From a virus (taxonomy: Duplodnaviria; Caudoviricetes), in IMG/VR virus record IMGVR_UViG_3300013121_000017, positions 197,681 to 261,680 of that record: 64,000 bases of DNA. One strand, 5' to 3'. The position numbers and the translations under genes were made by a program. Shown in pieces: positions 44,821-53,602 of the stretch. Within the stretch, counting starts at the first letter, position 1. Every line of letters begins with the position of its first letter. The notes below the pieces were generated by a model, which worked only from the letters and a program-made list of their open reading frames with translations, made no database searches and was not told the origin of the DNA.

Positions 44821-46022
44821 TGCCGTACCCGCAGCTAGGCCATTTCGTTCCCCACATCAACTATGTGGATGGCAACGGACTCTACATGGGGAAAGAAAAC
44901 ACCCCACCGGAGGCGCGTTTCCGCGTCTACAAGTTCAACAAGAAGAAGCGACCGACCGATCCGAACAAGAGGTTGATCGTCTCTGTGTTCAGTGAGTTCG
45001 GCTGTGAGTCCATTGCTGTCAACTACTGTCTGCCGTTCTTGTTCGATAGCTCCCCCGGCTTTTACAAGATTGCGGTGAGTTGGTACGGCAGGGAGTACCT
45101 CTATCGACACCTAGTCGATGAATTCTGGGAACTGGATGAGTCTCTTCAGTGGCTGCGGGAGTACAATCGTGCCTTCAAGCATGGTTCCAAGACGATGGAC
45201 AAGATCGAGCGGGAGTTGCCTAAGCACGGGGTCTTCGTGCCGGCGGCAGTCTTGGGCAACTTGTGTGTGGGATACTTCTGCCTCAACTGTAGGGTGTACT
45301 GGGGCGACCCCAACAAGGTGACATGTTGCCCGACATGCAGGGGGAAGAATTACATCGGCAGCATGTTCTCACGCATTCCAGAGTTCAGGCCGTTCATGAC
45401 GCCTGTTCCCAGGCCGGGTCGTGAGGCGATGGAGAAGGTCAAGGACTTCATCAAGCCGAACATGGTTGGTGTTTTTGCTAGACGGCGAGTCTCTTATGGA
45501 AGGAATCTGTCACCAGAGTTCTACGCCAGATTGATTCGTCGGCTCGAAGACATGGGCTACAACGTGATCTGGCTTGGAGAGAAACAGAGTTCGCTGCCAT
45601 GCCCGCTGCCGCATGTTCTTGATTTTTCACAGCATCCCGCTGCCAGAGATTTGGAACTGACACTCGCCATCATCTCGCAGTGCAAGCTCACGGTCCAGTT
45701 GTGGACGGCTTCGACGCGGTTTGCGGCAATGATGGGTGTTCCTTACTTGCTTGTAGAGACACCAGACCAGATTTTGGCCCCAGGTCAAGAAGGTCTGCGT
45801 CTTTCCCTGGTGACTCAGAGTCCACGGCACAAGAAGATGGTCTACTCTCACTTCAGGTGTTTCGAGGAGAACATCGAAGGTGGGTTGTCGGCCATCGAAC
45901 AGGGGGTGCGAGAGATCGGCGAAGGAAACTTCAATGATGTGATCGGCCCGGTAGAGAATGTTGCCACGGTAGCACAGAAAATCAGGCACTGCAATGTGTG
46001 GAGCAACACGGAGGATCAGTGA
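44817..46022 (+). CDS. GT-B glycosyltransferase, GT9 (heptosyltransferase)-like, with CxxC..CxxC insert
   Basis: 'RNLSPEFYARLIRRLEDMGYNVIWLG', 'DLELTLAIISQCKL..TASTRFAAMMGVP'. Confidence 0.65.
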   Translation: MMPYPQLGHFVPHINYVDGNGLYMGKENTPPEARFRVYKFNKKKRPTDPNKRLIVSVFSEFGCESIAVNYCLPFLFDSSPGFYKIAVSWYGREYLYRHLVDEFWELDESLQWLREYNRAFKHGSKTMDKIERELPKHGVFVPAAVLGNLCVGYFCLNCRVYWGDPNKVTCCPTCRGKNYIGSMFSRIPEFRPFMTPVPRPGREAMEKVKDFIKPNMVGVFARRRVSYGRNLSPEFYARLIRRLEDMGYNVIWLGEKQSSLPCPLPHVLDFSQHPAARDLELTLAIISQCKLTVQLWTASTRFAAMMGVPYLLVETPDQILAPGQEGLRLSLVTQSPRHKKMVYSHFRCFEENIEGGLSAIEQGVREIGEGNFNDVIGPVENVATVAQKIRHCNVWSNTEDQ

Positions 46023-47161
46023 GTCATCTCGAAGTCAAAGAGTATCTGGACATCGCCGCCCAGCGTAATGGGTACATTCGCCAGTCTTACGAAGACCGCA
46101 AGATCCCAGGTGAGTTCAGTGAAGTGTGTGTGATGCCATTGTTCGGCGATCTCAGGCACACGTTCATCGCCAGTAGCATGTTGATGCGGCGTTATCGTGA
46201 GGAGGTCAAGGGATCGAAATACTTCATCCTCATGTCTTGGCCGGGCTACCGCACACTCTTCCCCTATGTCGATGAGTATTGGTCGCCCGGCGACAACGAG
46301 CTTTGCAAGAAGCTCTGGGTCGGCTCGAATGGGTTTGGCAACAAGTCCGAGCCTTATGCTGTTGGTTTGACAAACACGCTGGAGTCCTTTCGTGATGTTG
46401 CCAAGCCAGAGGTCTTCAACGAGTACCACAACAACGGCATTCAACAAGCCTTCTGGGACAAGTTCAAGCATGTCAAGGTGTGGCTCCCACAGGTGTCTTC
46501 ACATGCGGTTTTGGGCAAGGACTTCAGTCGTGAAGTTGCCAACAAAGCTGGGTTCAAGGTAGTGTTGTTTCCAACGCTAACCCTGGAAACATGGAAGTTG
46601 GGTCGGGTTGCGACCACGCCGGCCCCGAGGGAGTTTTGGGTCCAGTTGGTCAAGTATTTGCATGCCAAGGGGTTCGTACCTGTTGTTGTCAGGTCATTTC
46701 AGACCTACGATCTAAGTCAGGACACTCATGACGAAGCCATTCATCTGGCTGAGTCAGACCTGTCCAAGTTGTTGGCAGCCATCAGGCTCTGCGGTTGTGT
46801 CTTGGATGTATTCAACGGCACGTCTAGGTTTGCGATTGCGGCCAGGACGCCTTACCTTTGTTGTGACGAACGTAGTAGGTATTTCAGCACTCATGAGTAC
46901 GAAGTCGATGACTTGTGCGGGCGCGGAGTGCCTCGGGAGTACATCTACTCGTTCTCCTCAATTTGCCAAATGCCCCCGGCTTATTGGGAACCTGCCTACT
47001 TCAGCCACGTTACAATGAGATTGAACGAGTTCTTGCCCAACCTTGACAGGGACAGATGGCCAACAACGACAGAAACATACCAGATCACGCCCTACGACTC
47101 CGTGAGGAAAATCAAGCGGCGAAAACTGGGAACAAGACTCCTCAAACCCATTAAGGACTGA
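46019..47161 (+). CDS. GT9-like glycosyltransferase, paralog of the upstream gene
   Basis: 'FGDLRH', 'YVDEYW', 'EFWVQLVKYL..KGF', 'LAAIRLCGCVLDVFNGTSRFAIAARTP'; GTGA overlap. Confidence 0.62.
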   Translation: MSHLEVKEYLDIAAQRNGYIRQSYEDRKIPGEFSEVCVMPLFGDLRHTFIASSMLMRRYREEVKGSKYFILMSWPGYRTLFPYVDEYWSPGDNELCKKLWVGSNGFGNKSEPYAVGLTNTLESFRDVAKPEVFNEYHNNGIQQAFWDKFKHVKVWLPQVSSHAVLGKDFSREVANKAGFKVVLFPTLTLETWKLGRVATTPAPREFWVQLVKYLHAKGFVPVVVRSFQTYDLSQDTHDEAIHLAESDLSKLLAAIRLCGCVLDVFNGTSRFAIAARTPYLCCDERSRYFSTHEYEVDDLCGRGVPREYIYSFSSICQMPPAYWEPAYFSHVTMRLNEFLPNLDRDRWPTTTETYQITPYDSVRKIKRRKLGTRLLKPIKD

Positions 47162-47167
47162 GTTTAT

Positions 47168-47455
47168 ATGGTTGCGAACGTAAAGGTCGTTGCGAAGCCA
47201 ATTTCGCACAACCCATCCCGCGATGAGCGGGACCGGAACTTCAAATTCCTCTTCACGGCATTCAAGCGGGCAGTGGCCCAGTCTGGCGTGCTGAAGGAAT
47301 ACAAGAAGCATGAAACCTACGAAAGCAAAGGACAGAAGCGTCGTCGCAAGAAGCGAGAATCCATGATCGCCATTCTGAAGGGGAAGATGCGTGAAAGCTT
47401 CCTCGAACGGAAGGGCAAGTCAAAACCACCCCGGAAAGAGAGGGACGTTGAGTAA
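47168..47455 (+). CDS. rpsU: Ribosomal protein bS21
   Basis: FKRAVAQSGVLKEYKKHETYESKGQKRRRKK. Confidence 0.85.
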   Translation: MVANVKVVAKPISHNPSRDERDRNFKFLFTAFKRAVAQSGVLKEYKKHETYESKGQKRRRKKRESMIAILKGKMRESFLERKGKSKPPRKERDVE

Positions 47456-47741
47456 GAAACAGGACATCGTCAGCTACAGCATGCCCTTGGAGATGCAGCA
47501 GAAGCTGAAGCGGGTCAAAGAGAAGAAGGGCTACAAGTCGGTCAGCAAGCTGATCCGCGACCTCGTAGACAAGTACGTTTGCGAGGACGACGACGTGACG
47601 CCTGTCGTTCTGAAAGTCCCTGCCCAACTGCGGAGCGATCCCAAAGCCCTGTTCCAGTGGCTTACCAATCGCATTCCCGCTGTGGTGTCGGCGTTGACGA
47701 CGCCAAGCAATGAAATCAAGGCGGAATCCACGGATGAGTAA
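47448..47741 (+). CDS. Ribbon-helix-helix DNA-binding protein
   Basis: IVSYSMPLEMQQKLKRVKEKKGYKSVSKLIRDLV; TTG start with SD. Confidence 0.7.
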   Translation: MSKKQDIVSYSMPLEMQQKLKRVKEKKGYKSVSKLIRDLVDKYVCEDDDVTPVVLKVPAQLRSDPKALFQWLTNRIPAVVSALTTPSNEIKAESTDE

Positions 47742-48213
47742 GATCGTTCCCGTTCCCGAAATACCACGGGTCACTAACGAAGTGGCCTATACTGACCCTA
47801 TCGCCGTTTACAGGAAGTTCAACACCCTGGAGAACGTCTGTGTTCGTGAGAAGGGGATCGGCCTGTGTGCCGTTCAGATCGGGCTGCCTGACAGGATGTT
47901 CGTGACTAGAAACCAAGATGGGTCTTTCCGCTACTTCATCAACGCCAGATACGAAGCTGTCGGCGAAGAGCAGTTTACAAGTTGCGAAGGATGCCTCTCG
48001 CTCCCAGGTCGAGCTTTTCTTGTTTCCAGACACAGGATCGTCCGGGTGATTGGGACGGAAATGCTTGTGGGAGAGGGAGTTGTGTTCAAGGATGTGGATT
48101 TCGAGGTAGATGATCCGCTCTACACTGCTGTTTTCCAGCATGAGATCGATCATTGCTACGGAATCATGATTGACGAGATAGGCCGGGAGGTTCGTGTCCG
48201 TCCGGCGGCGTGA
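47734..48213 (+). CDS. def: Peptide deformylase
   Basis: GIGLCAVQIG, EGCLS, QHEIDH. Confidence 0.93.
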   Translation: MSKIVPVPEIPRVTNEVAYTDPIAVYRKFNTLENVCVREKGIGLCAVQIGLPDRMFVTRNQDGSFRYFINARYEAVGEEQFTSCEGCLSLPGRAFLVSRHRIVRVIGTEMLVGEGVVFKDVDFEVDDPLYTAVFQHEIDHCYGIMIDEIGREVRVRPAA

Positions 48214-48280
48214 AAAAATGGCCTTGACACCCTGGCTTCATTTGGTATCCTGGCAGGGTGCATAGTTGCGGAGCGAGCGC

Positions 48281-48556
48281 ATGCTTAGTAGAAAACAGCT
48301 TCAAGACGTATGTCTGCTTTACAGCGGGGACACTCGTCGTTGTCGATTCCTGACCCAGGACGAGAACGATTACTCGAAGTGGCACTGCTTGAAGTTGACA
48401 TCGCGGAAGAACGACATCGACGTGGAAGTGGCCGACTTCATCAAGGAATGCAAACGGAAGGGGCAAGATCCGCTCAAGTCGAACCTACCGCTCGGCGACA
48501 ACTGTGGGGGATACCCTGTGATGAAGAACATCGAGCAGGGTTATGATAAACCATAA
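48281..48556 (+). CDS. Cys-containing hypothetical protein
   Basis: MLSRKQLQDVC..; TTGACA-16-TATCCT promoter-like site at about 48224-48251. Confidence 0.7.
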   Translation: MLSRKQLQDVCLLYSGDTRRCRFLTQDENDYSKWHCLKLTSRKNDIDVEVADFIKECKRKGQDPLKSNLPLGDNCGGYPVMKNIEQGYDKP

Positions 48557-48576
48557 AACCATGACGGAGGGACACT

Positions 48577-49002
48577 ATGGGCGCACTTGCCATGCGAACG
48601 TTCGACACCGAGGAAGAAGAACGTCAAGAGAAAACCTCCGGGCTTACCAAAGACGAGATCATCGAGTTCGCCAAGGGCGTGATCAAGAACTTCTTCGCCG
48701 ACAAGCCCTACTACTGCGGCGGACCAATTCCGCAACACCTGCTGACAACCAAGAAGCGGGTGAATCTCGTCCTCGACTGCACCCTCGATCAGGCCATCGA
48801 CATCGCCTACGAGGCACTGGAGCAGGACTTGACGGTGGAAGATGAAGAGTACGTCGCTGCCGGCGGCGTCAGCCCGGACATCAAGACCCTCATCGGCGTG
48901 CTGCACGAAATGTCTCGCTGCGGCGTGCCGCAGGAACTGAGCAACGGCATGCTGGTTCTCTATCTCGAATTCTGTCTGGGGGCGAATGTCGTCTACGCAT
49001 GA
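48577..49002 (+). CDS. Hypothetical protein
   Basis: SD GGAGGG; 141 aa. Confidence 0.75.
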   Translation: MGALAMRTFDTEEEERQEKTSGLTKDEIIEFAKGVIKNFFADKPYYCGGPIPQHLLTTKKRVNLVLDCTLDQAIDIAYEALEQDLTVEDEEYVAAGGVSPDIKTLIGVLHEMSRCGVPQELSNGMLVLYLEFCLGANVVYA

Positions 49003-49357
49003 TCAAGAGTGGTCGCCCGAGATGGACCTACTCTTCATCTCGGGCGACTTCTTCGAGCAGGCCGTGCCGCGCGACAAGGAATACCTGCTCAAGTATTTCG
49101 ACACAAAGATCCAGCGACAGTTCGTCCGCTACTGCCTTCTCTTCAGATCTTCCAAAAACTTCACCGATCACACTGGATTGAGAGTGCAGCCTCTTTGGCT
49201 TCGCAAGCTCAACAAGAAGCTTGCGGCCCTGGAAGAGGCTCACGCTGTCGCCAAGAAAGCCTTTGACACTGAGACGGTTGCCAAGCTCGAAAGCGGGAAG
49301 TACCGCATCAGAAGACGCGGTCGTCCCCCTAAAAATTCATGCCACGATTCTAAATAG
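48986..49357 (+). CDS. Hypothetical protein
   Basis: 123 aa; C-terminal RRRGRPPK AT-hook-like motif. Confidence 0.65.
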   Translation: MSSTHDQEWSPEMDLLFISGDFFEQAVPRDKEYLLKYFDTKIQRQFVRYCLLFRSSKNFTDHTGLRVQPLWLRKLNKKLAALEEAHAVAKKAFDTETVAKLESGKYRIRRRGRPPKNSCHDSK

Positions 49358-49366
49358 TGGCATGAA
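49336..49366 (+). promoter_or_regulatory. Start-codon-sequestering hairpin with late promoter in its loop
   Basis: TTCATGCCAC-gattcTAAATA-GTGGCATGAA; ATG 49362 lies in the 3' arm. Confidence 0.7.
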
Positions 49367-49844
49367 CAAACAAGAGAAAGGGCGGGCCGCTGCTGCCAGA
49401 TTCAAGAAGCGGAATCCCGACAAGGTTCGACAATACAACAAGGAAACAAAAGGTCGGCGGCTTCAGGCTGGGCTGTGCCGCACATGCGGCAAGCTCCCTT
49501 ACATTGAGGAATGCACTCAATGCCAGTTGTGCATCGACAAAGCCAAGGAACGCTACCGACGTAACAAGAGGATCGTTTACGAGCATTACGGGCGTGTTTG
49601 CGTGTGTTGTGGAGAGGCCGAAGAGTCGTTCTTGTCAATCGACCACATCAACAACGACGGTGTGGATCGCCGCAAGGTACACGGAAATGGTAGCAATTTC
49701 TACACATGGATCATCGCCAATCAATACCCGGATGACTTGCAGATTTTGTGCATGAACTGTCAATGGGGGAAGAGGACGCATGGCCGGTGTCCTCATCAAG
49801 ACCCGGAATCACCTGCGTATCTTGGGAAGCGGGATGATACATAG
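49362..49844 (+). CDS. HNH-family (His-Me finger) endonuclease
   Basis: CVCCGE..FLSIDHINNDG..LQILCMNCQWGK. Confidence 0.85.
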   Translation: MNKQEKGRAAAARFKKRNPDKVRQYNKETKGRRLQAGLCRTCGKLPYIEECTQCQLCIDKAKERYRRNKRIVYEHYGRVCVCCGEAEESFLSIDHINNDGVDRRKVHGNGSNFYTWIIANQYPDDLQILCMNCQWGKRTHGRCPHQDPESPAYLGKRDDT

Positions 49845-49849
49845 TTACT

Positions 49850-50077
49850 ATGGCACTACTGACCTTCAAAGACTGGCGCAAACAGCAAAACGAATCCAGC
49901 CCCCAGACTCGCTTGATGAAGGGGCCGTACCGCAAACTGTCGGCATCGCCCTTCTCCCACTCGACTCCTTGGCCCCACATCGTCAAAGACTTGCTCGATG
50001 ACGACGGCAACCTCAAAGAGGGCCGAAAGAAGAAGAAGAAGAAGCACAAGAAGGGTGGCCCGTCAAAAAAAGCGTAA
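49850..50077 (+). CDS. Putative internal head protein, short basic form
   Basis: TACATA 6 nt upstream; MALLTFKDWRKQQNE; poly-Lys C-terminus. Confidence 0.7.
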   Translation: MALLTFKDWRKQQNESSPQTRLMKGPYRKLSASPFSHSTPWPHIVKDLLDDDGNLKEGRKKKKKKHKKGGPSKKA

Positions 50078-50343
50078 GCCCTGCACCTCACTTCGATGCG
50101 GGGCTTGACCAGTGGGTTCAAGCGGCTGATAATTTAGAGAAGTCGCTGCGGAAGCTGAAGGACATCCGCGATAAACACAAGGCGAAGCCGGAAGACGAGA
50201 AGTCTACGGACAAGCCGAAATCGCGCACACAAGATCAGAAGCCGAAGCAGAAGGACGAGAAGCCCGAAGACCGGGAAAACGACACGGATGACGACGAAAT
50301 GGATGACGATGAAGAGGAGGATGACACTGACACCGAAAGCTAG
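50065..50343 (+). other. Probable programmed -1 frameshift site and 90-codon extension frame
   Basis: A_AAA_AAA at 50065-50071; 10-bp hairpin 50076-50106; start-less -1 frame open to TAG 50343. Confidence 0.6.
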
Positions 50344-50348
50344 GGCCA

Positions 50349-50783
50349 ATGGACGAAAGTACGCTGAATCAGAAGCAAGCAGACGACATTGAAATCGTCG
50401 TTGATCGACGCGGACATACCTTCGTCATGGTCGCTGCCACTCACTCTGATCCCACAAAGAACTATCTCAACAAAGTACCGTGCAAGAAGGGTGTGCCGCT
50501 CGCCGGTCACGTCTACGATTCCAAGCACGACTCGTACTTCCTCCCATGTGTTGACTTCCTCTTGCTCGGCGCGGTCAACGCCGCAGCCTACGTCAGTTCT
50601 CGCTCGAACCACTGGACGATCCGCGTCCCATTGTCTGTGCCGGTCCTGACACAGTTCTTGGAGGACTCCCAGCGGCGAGACTTGAAACACTTCATTGATT
50701 CGTATGATCCGAAAGATCACACCTTCAACTACCTCCAGATGATCGATCCCAATGAGCATTACCCGCCAGTCAAATCGTTGTGA
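50349..50783 (+). CDS. Hypothetical protein
   Basis: 144-aa ORF. Confidence 0.7.
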   Translation: MDESTLNQKQADDIEIVVDRRGHTFVMVAATHSDPTKNYLNKVPCKKGVPLAGHVYDSKHDSYFLPCVDFLLLGAVNAAAYVSSRSNHWTIRVPLSVPVLTQFLEDSQRRDLKHFIDSYDPKDHTFNYLQMIDPNEHYPPVKSL

Positions 50784-51141
50784 CGATCTTCCCCTGGCTA
50801 TCGCTACATTGGCGGCGTCTCAGGGGAGAGGGTGTCGCGCCGGGTGTGTTGTCGCGGACAACAACCTGTATAGCGTCGGGTTTGGAGAATCCGCCGAACT
50901 GGATGCTGTCGCGAAGTTCGGCACGGCCCTGCATCAGGCGTCCGTCTTCACCACCCGCATGCCCGATGACGTGATCGTGAAGTTTCTGGAACGTTGCGGA
51001 CTTCGCCGGCTAGTCATTTTACAAAATGGCCCTGATGGTCACAACGGTGGACACGGTCCACTGTTCATTGAATATGCCGGCAACCCGGTTTATCGGGTTC
51101 GGGACATGGTGAGGTCTTTGGAGCAGGGAGCGGCTATATAA
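50752..51141 (+). CDS. dCMP-deaminase-fold protein lacking catalytic Zn ligands
   Basis: RAGCVV..SVGFG, SAELDAV (vs HAE.NAI), VFTTRMPDDVI (vs T..PCxxC), GLRRLV. Confidence 0.55.
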   Translation: MSITRQSNRCDDLPLAIATLAASQGRGCRAGCVVADNNLYSVGFGESAELDAVAKFGTALHQASVFTTRMPDDVIVKFLERCGLRRLVILQNGPDGHNGGHGPLFIEYAGNPVYRVRDMVRSLEQGAAI

Positions 51142-51145
51142 CGGC

Positions 51146-51928
51146 ATGGGATGCAGCAACAACACGGGGACCGCTTTCCCCACCGTACCAAACAACAACT
51201 GCCCGGACAGCGGCGGATGCCCTCCGGGCCGCTGCCCTGACTTCACTATTCGTCGCCATGACACGAAGCCTCCTTTCAAGGTGGGCATCGAGGATTGTGA
51301 CGGCCCGATGGACTTGGCGAATCTCGTCGTTGAGTTCAGCATGTGGGCCAAGGCGAAGCTGAAGACTGCGATAACAACCACTTCAACTTCTTTGTCTTTT
51401 GCCGACAAGATCGGCTTTGACCAAGTCATGGTCGGTGATATACTGATTCTTGACCGTGCTAGAAGTCCCGAACACATGAAGGTGATCGGTTTCGATGAGG
51501 ACAACTTCCTCGTCTTCGTCCAGCGGGGAGTGAACGGCACGACCGTCAGCAACTGGAAGAAGGGGAACGGCGTCCGGGTGATGAAGGCTTTCAGCAACCC
51601 GGCCCTATCGGAGCTTGTCCTTCAGGACATCGTTCAACTCGATGGAACAACTCAGAAGGACGTTCTTACGGACAGCTTCCTCGTTTACGAGTGGCAGCCG
51701 TCCGACACCTGTCTGCCGGGGTGCTATTGGGCCGAGTTCAAGCTCTTGGCCCTGAAGACCGAAGAAACAGAACCAGAGGATACGACCGACTCGACCTATA
51801 CCGCGACGATGACTCCCTCCCAATACGGTTGCAAGCTGGGTGAAGGGGTAGAATGGGTTAGGCGATTCCCGGTCAGCGGCGAGGGTTACTTGATCAGGGT
51901 CGAGGACTCGCCAACAGCGGAACTTTAA
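51146..51928 (+). CDS. Virion structural protein with BppU-like (baseplate upper) domain
   Basis: FTIRRHDTKPP..GPMDL..VYEWQPSDT..PG.YWAEF; TATATA 5 nt upstream. Confidence 0.65.
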   Translation: MGCSNNTGTAFPTVPNNNCPDSGGCPPGRCPDFTIRRHDTKPPFKVGIEDCDGPMDLANLVVEFSMWAKAKLKTAITTTSTSLSFADKIGFDQVMVGDILILDRARSPEHMKVIGFDEDNFLVFVQRGVNGTTVSNWKKGNGVRVMKAFSNPALSELVLQDIVQLDGTTQKDVLTDSFLVYEWQPSDTCLPGCYWAEFKLLALKTEETEPEDTTDSTYTATMTPSQYGCKLGEGVEWVRRFPVSGEGYLIRVEDSPTAEL

Positions 51929-51937
51929 GGAGGAGAG

Positions 51938-53602
51938 ATGCCGAGTACAGCCGAATTCCAAATCGAACGTCTCGAAAACGCGGGCATCAAGCATGTCTTC
52001 GCCGTACCCGGCGATTTCTGCCTCGGCATGTGCAAGAGGATTTCCGAGAGCAAGATCAAGCTGGTGGTGTGCGCGGACGAGGCGACCGCAGGTTTTGCTG
52101 CCGACGCCTACGCCAGAATCCACGGCATCGGCTGCGTCCTTACGACGTACAACGTCGGCACGCTCAAGCTCTGTAACGCCATCGCGGGAGCTTACGCCGA
52201 GCGGTCCCCCGTCATCGTCCTGGCGGGTTCGCCGGGGATGACGGAACGTCACGAAGACTTCAAGCTGCATCACATGGTTCGCGGTTTCGACATGCAGCAG
52301 AAGATCTTCAAGCAGTTGACGTGTGAAGCGGTTGTCCTTGACGACCCCGTCAGAGCCGGGTATAAGATCGATGAGGCTATGGAGAAGATGTACTGGCATC
52401 GTCAGCCGGTGTATATCGAGATCCCGAGGGACGTGGCGGAAATGCGGCTCAAGTACGACGTGTACCAGCAAGGCACTCCGAACGCCCCGTTGTCGAACCC
52501 GGATGCAATGGTCGAAGCCTTGAACGAGGCAGCCGAGATGCTCCGCGCCGCAGTACGTCCGGTGCTGTTGGCCGGCGTGCAGATCCAGCGGTTCGGCCTT
52601 GGCAAGCAGTTGATCCGCTTCGCGGAAAAGAACGGCTTGCCCATCGCAACGACGCCTCTTGGCAAGTCGGTGGTCGATGAGCGGCACGACAATTTCCTGG
52701 GCGTCTACGGCGGTGCTTGCACCGAGCCGGTCGTCAAGGAGTACATCGACCACAGCGACTGCGTGGTCATCCTGGGTGAGATGCTCACGGACATCACGCT
52801 CGGCTTCCAGAAGCCGCCCTTCAAGAACGACAAGACGATTTTCGTCACCGCCGAAGGTCTGAGTATCTGCAACCACTCTTATCGCGGGGTCAGCTTCACG
52901 GAGTTCTGCACGGAGTTGTTCAAGAACACGACGCTGAAGCACGAAGTACCGAAGCTGAAGATGCCCGAGAAGCCGGAATACAAGGCCGGGGCCGGCGTCA
53001 AGATCACCGTGCAACGCTTCTTCGACAAGGTCGAGACGATCCTGTCCGAGAATACCGTCGTGTGTGCCGACATCGGTGAGAGTCTTTTCGGTGCGTTGAA
53101 CATCAACACCAACGGCGGCAGTTTCATCTGCCCCGCACAGTACACCAGCATGGGTTTCGCGATCCCCGCCGCACTCGGCGTTGGACTGGCGAAACCCAAC
53201 GTCAGACCCATCGTGTTGGTGGGTGACGGCGCGTTCCAGATGTCCTGCCAGGAACTGGGCGTGATCGTCAAGCAAGGTCTGAACCCCATCGTGTTCGTGT
53301 TGAACAACGGCGGGTACGGAACCGAACGTCTGATCATGGACGGACCTTTCAATGACATCCCGGCGTGGGAATACCACAAGATCGTGGATGTCATGGGCGG
53401 GACTGGCTTCAAGGTTACGACCGAGGACGAACTGGAAGTGGCAGTCCAAGCCGCGCTCCAGAGCAAGAAACTTACGGTGATCAACGTCGTAGTTGATCCG
53501 AAGGATATGTCTTGGTCCCTCAAGCGTGCAACGGAGGGTTTCAAGGGTAGCCGTGTGGCGGCTGAGAATGCCGACGCCGGCAATTTGAATGGAAGGAAGT
53601 GA
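51938..53602 (+). CDS. TPP-dependent 2-keto-acid decarboxylase (pyruvate/indolepyruvate decarboxylase family)
   Basis: AVPGDF, DEATAGFAADAYAR, LHH motif, SMGFAIP, GDGAFQMS..NNGGYGTER. Confidence 0.9.
   Translation: MPSTAEFQIERLENAGIKHVFAVPGDFCLGMCKRISESKIKLVVCADEATAGFAADAYARIHGIGCVLTTYNVGTLKLCNAIAGAYAERSPVIVLAGSPGMTERHEDFKLHHMVRGFDMQQKIFKQLTCEAVVLDDPVRAGYKIDEAMEKMYWHRQPVYIEIPRDVAEMRLKYDVYQQGTPNAPLSNPDAMVEALNEAAEMLRAAVRPVLLAGVQIQRFGLGKQLIRFAEKNGLPIATTPLGKSVVDERHDNFLGVYGGACTEPVVKEYIDHSDCVVILGEMLTDITLGFQKPPFKNDKTIFVTAEGLSICNHSYRGVSFTEFCTELFKNTTLKHEVPKLKMPEKPEYKAGAGVKITVQRFFDKVETILSENTVVCADIGESLFGALNINTNGGSFICPAQYTSMGFAIPAALGVGLAKPNVRPIVLVGDGAFQMSCQELGVIVKQGLNPIVFVLNNGGYGTERLIMDGPFNDIPAWEYHKIVDVMGGTGFKVTTEDELEVAVQAALQSKKLTVINVVVDPKDMSWSLKRATEGFKGSRVAAENADAGNLNGRK

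Noticed and set aside
50105-50133. TTGACC-17-GATAAT sigma70-like promoter
   Set aside because: It lies inside the -1 extension frame and overlaps the frameshift hairpin; possible but unsupported, so not listed as a feature.
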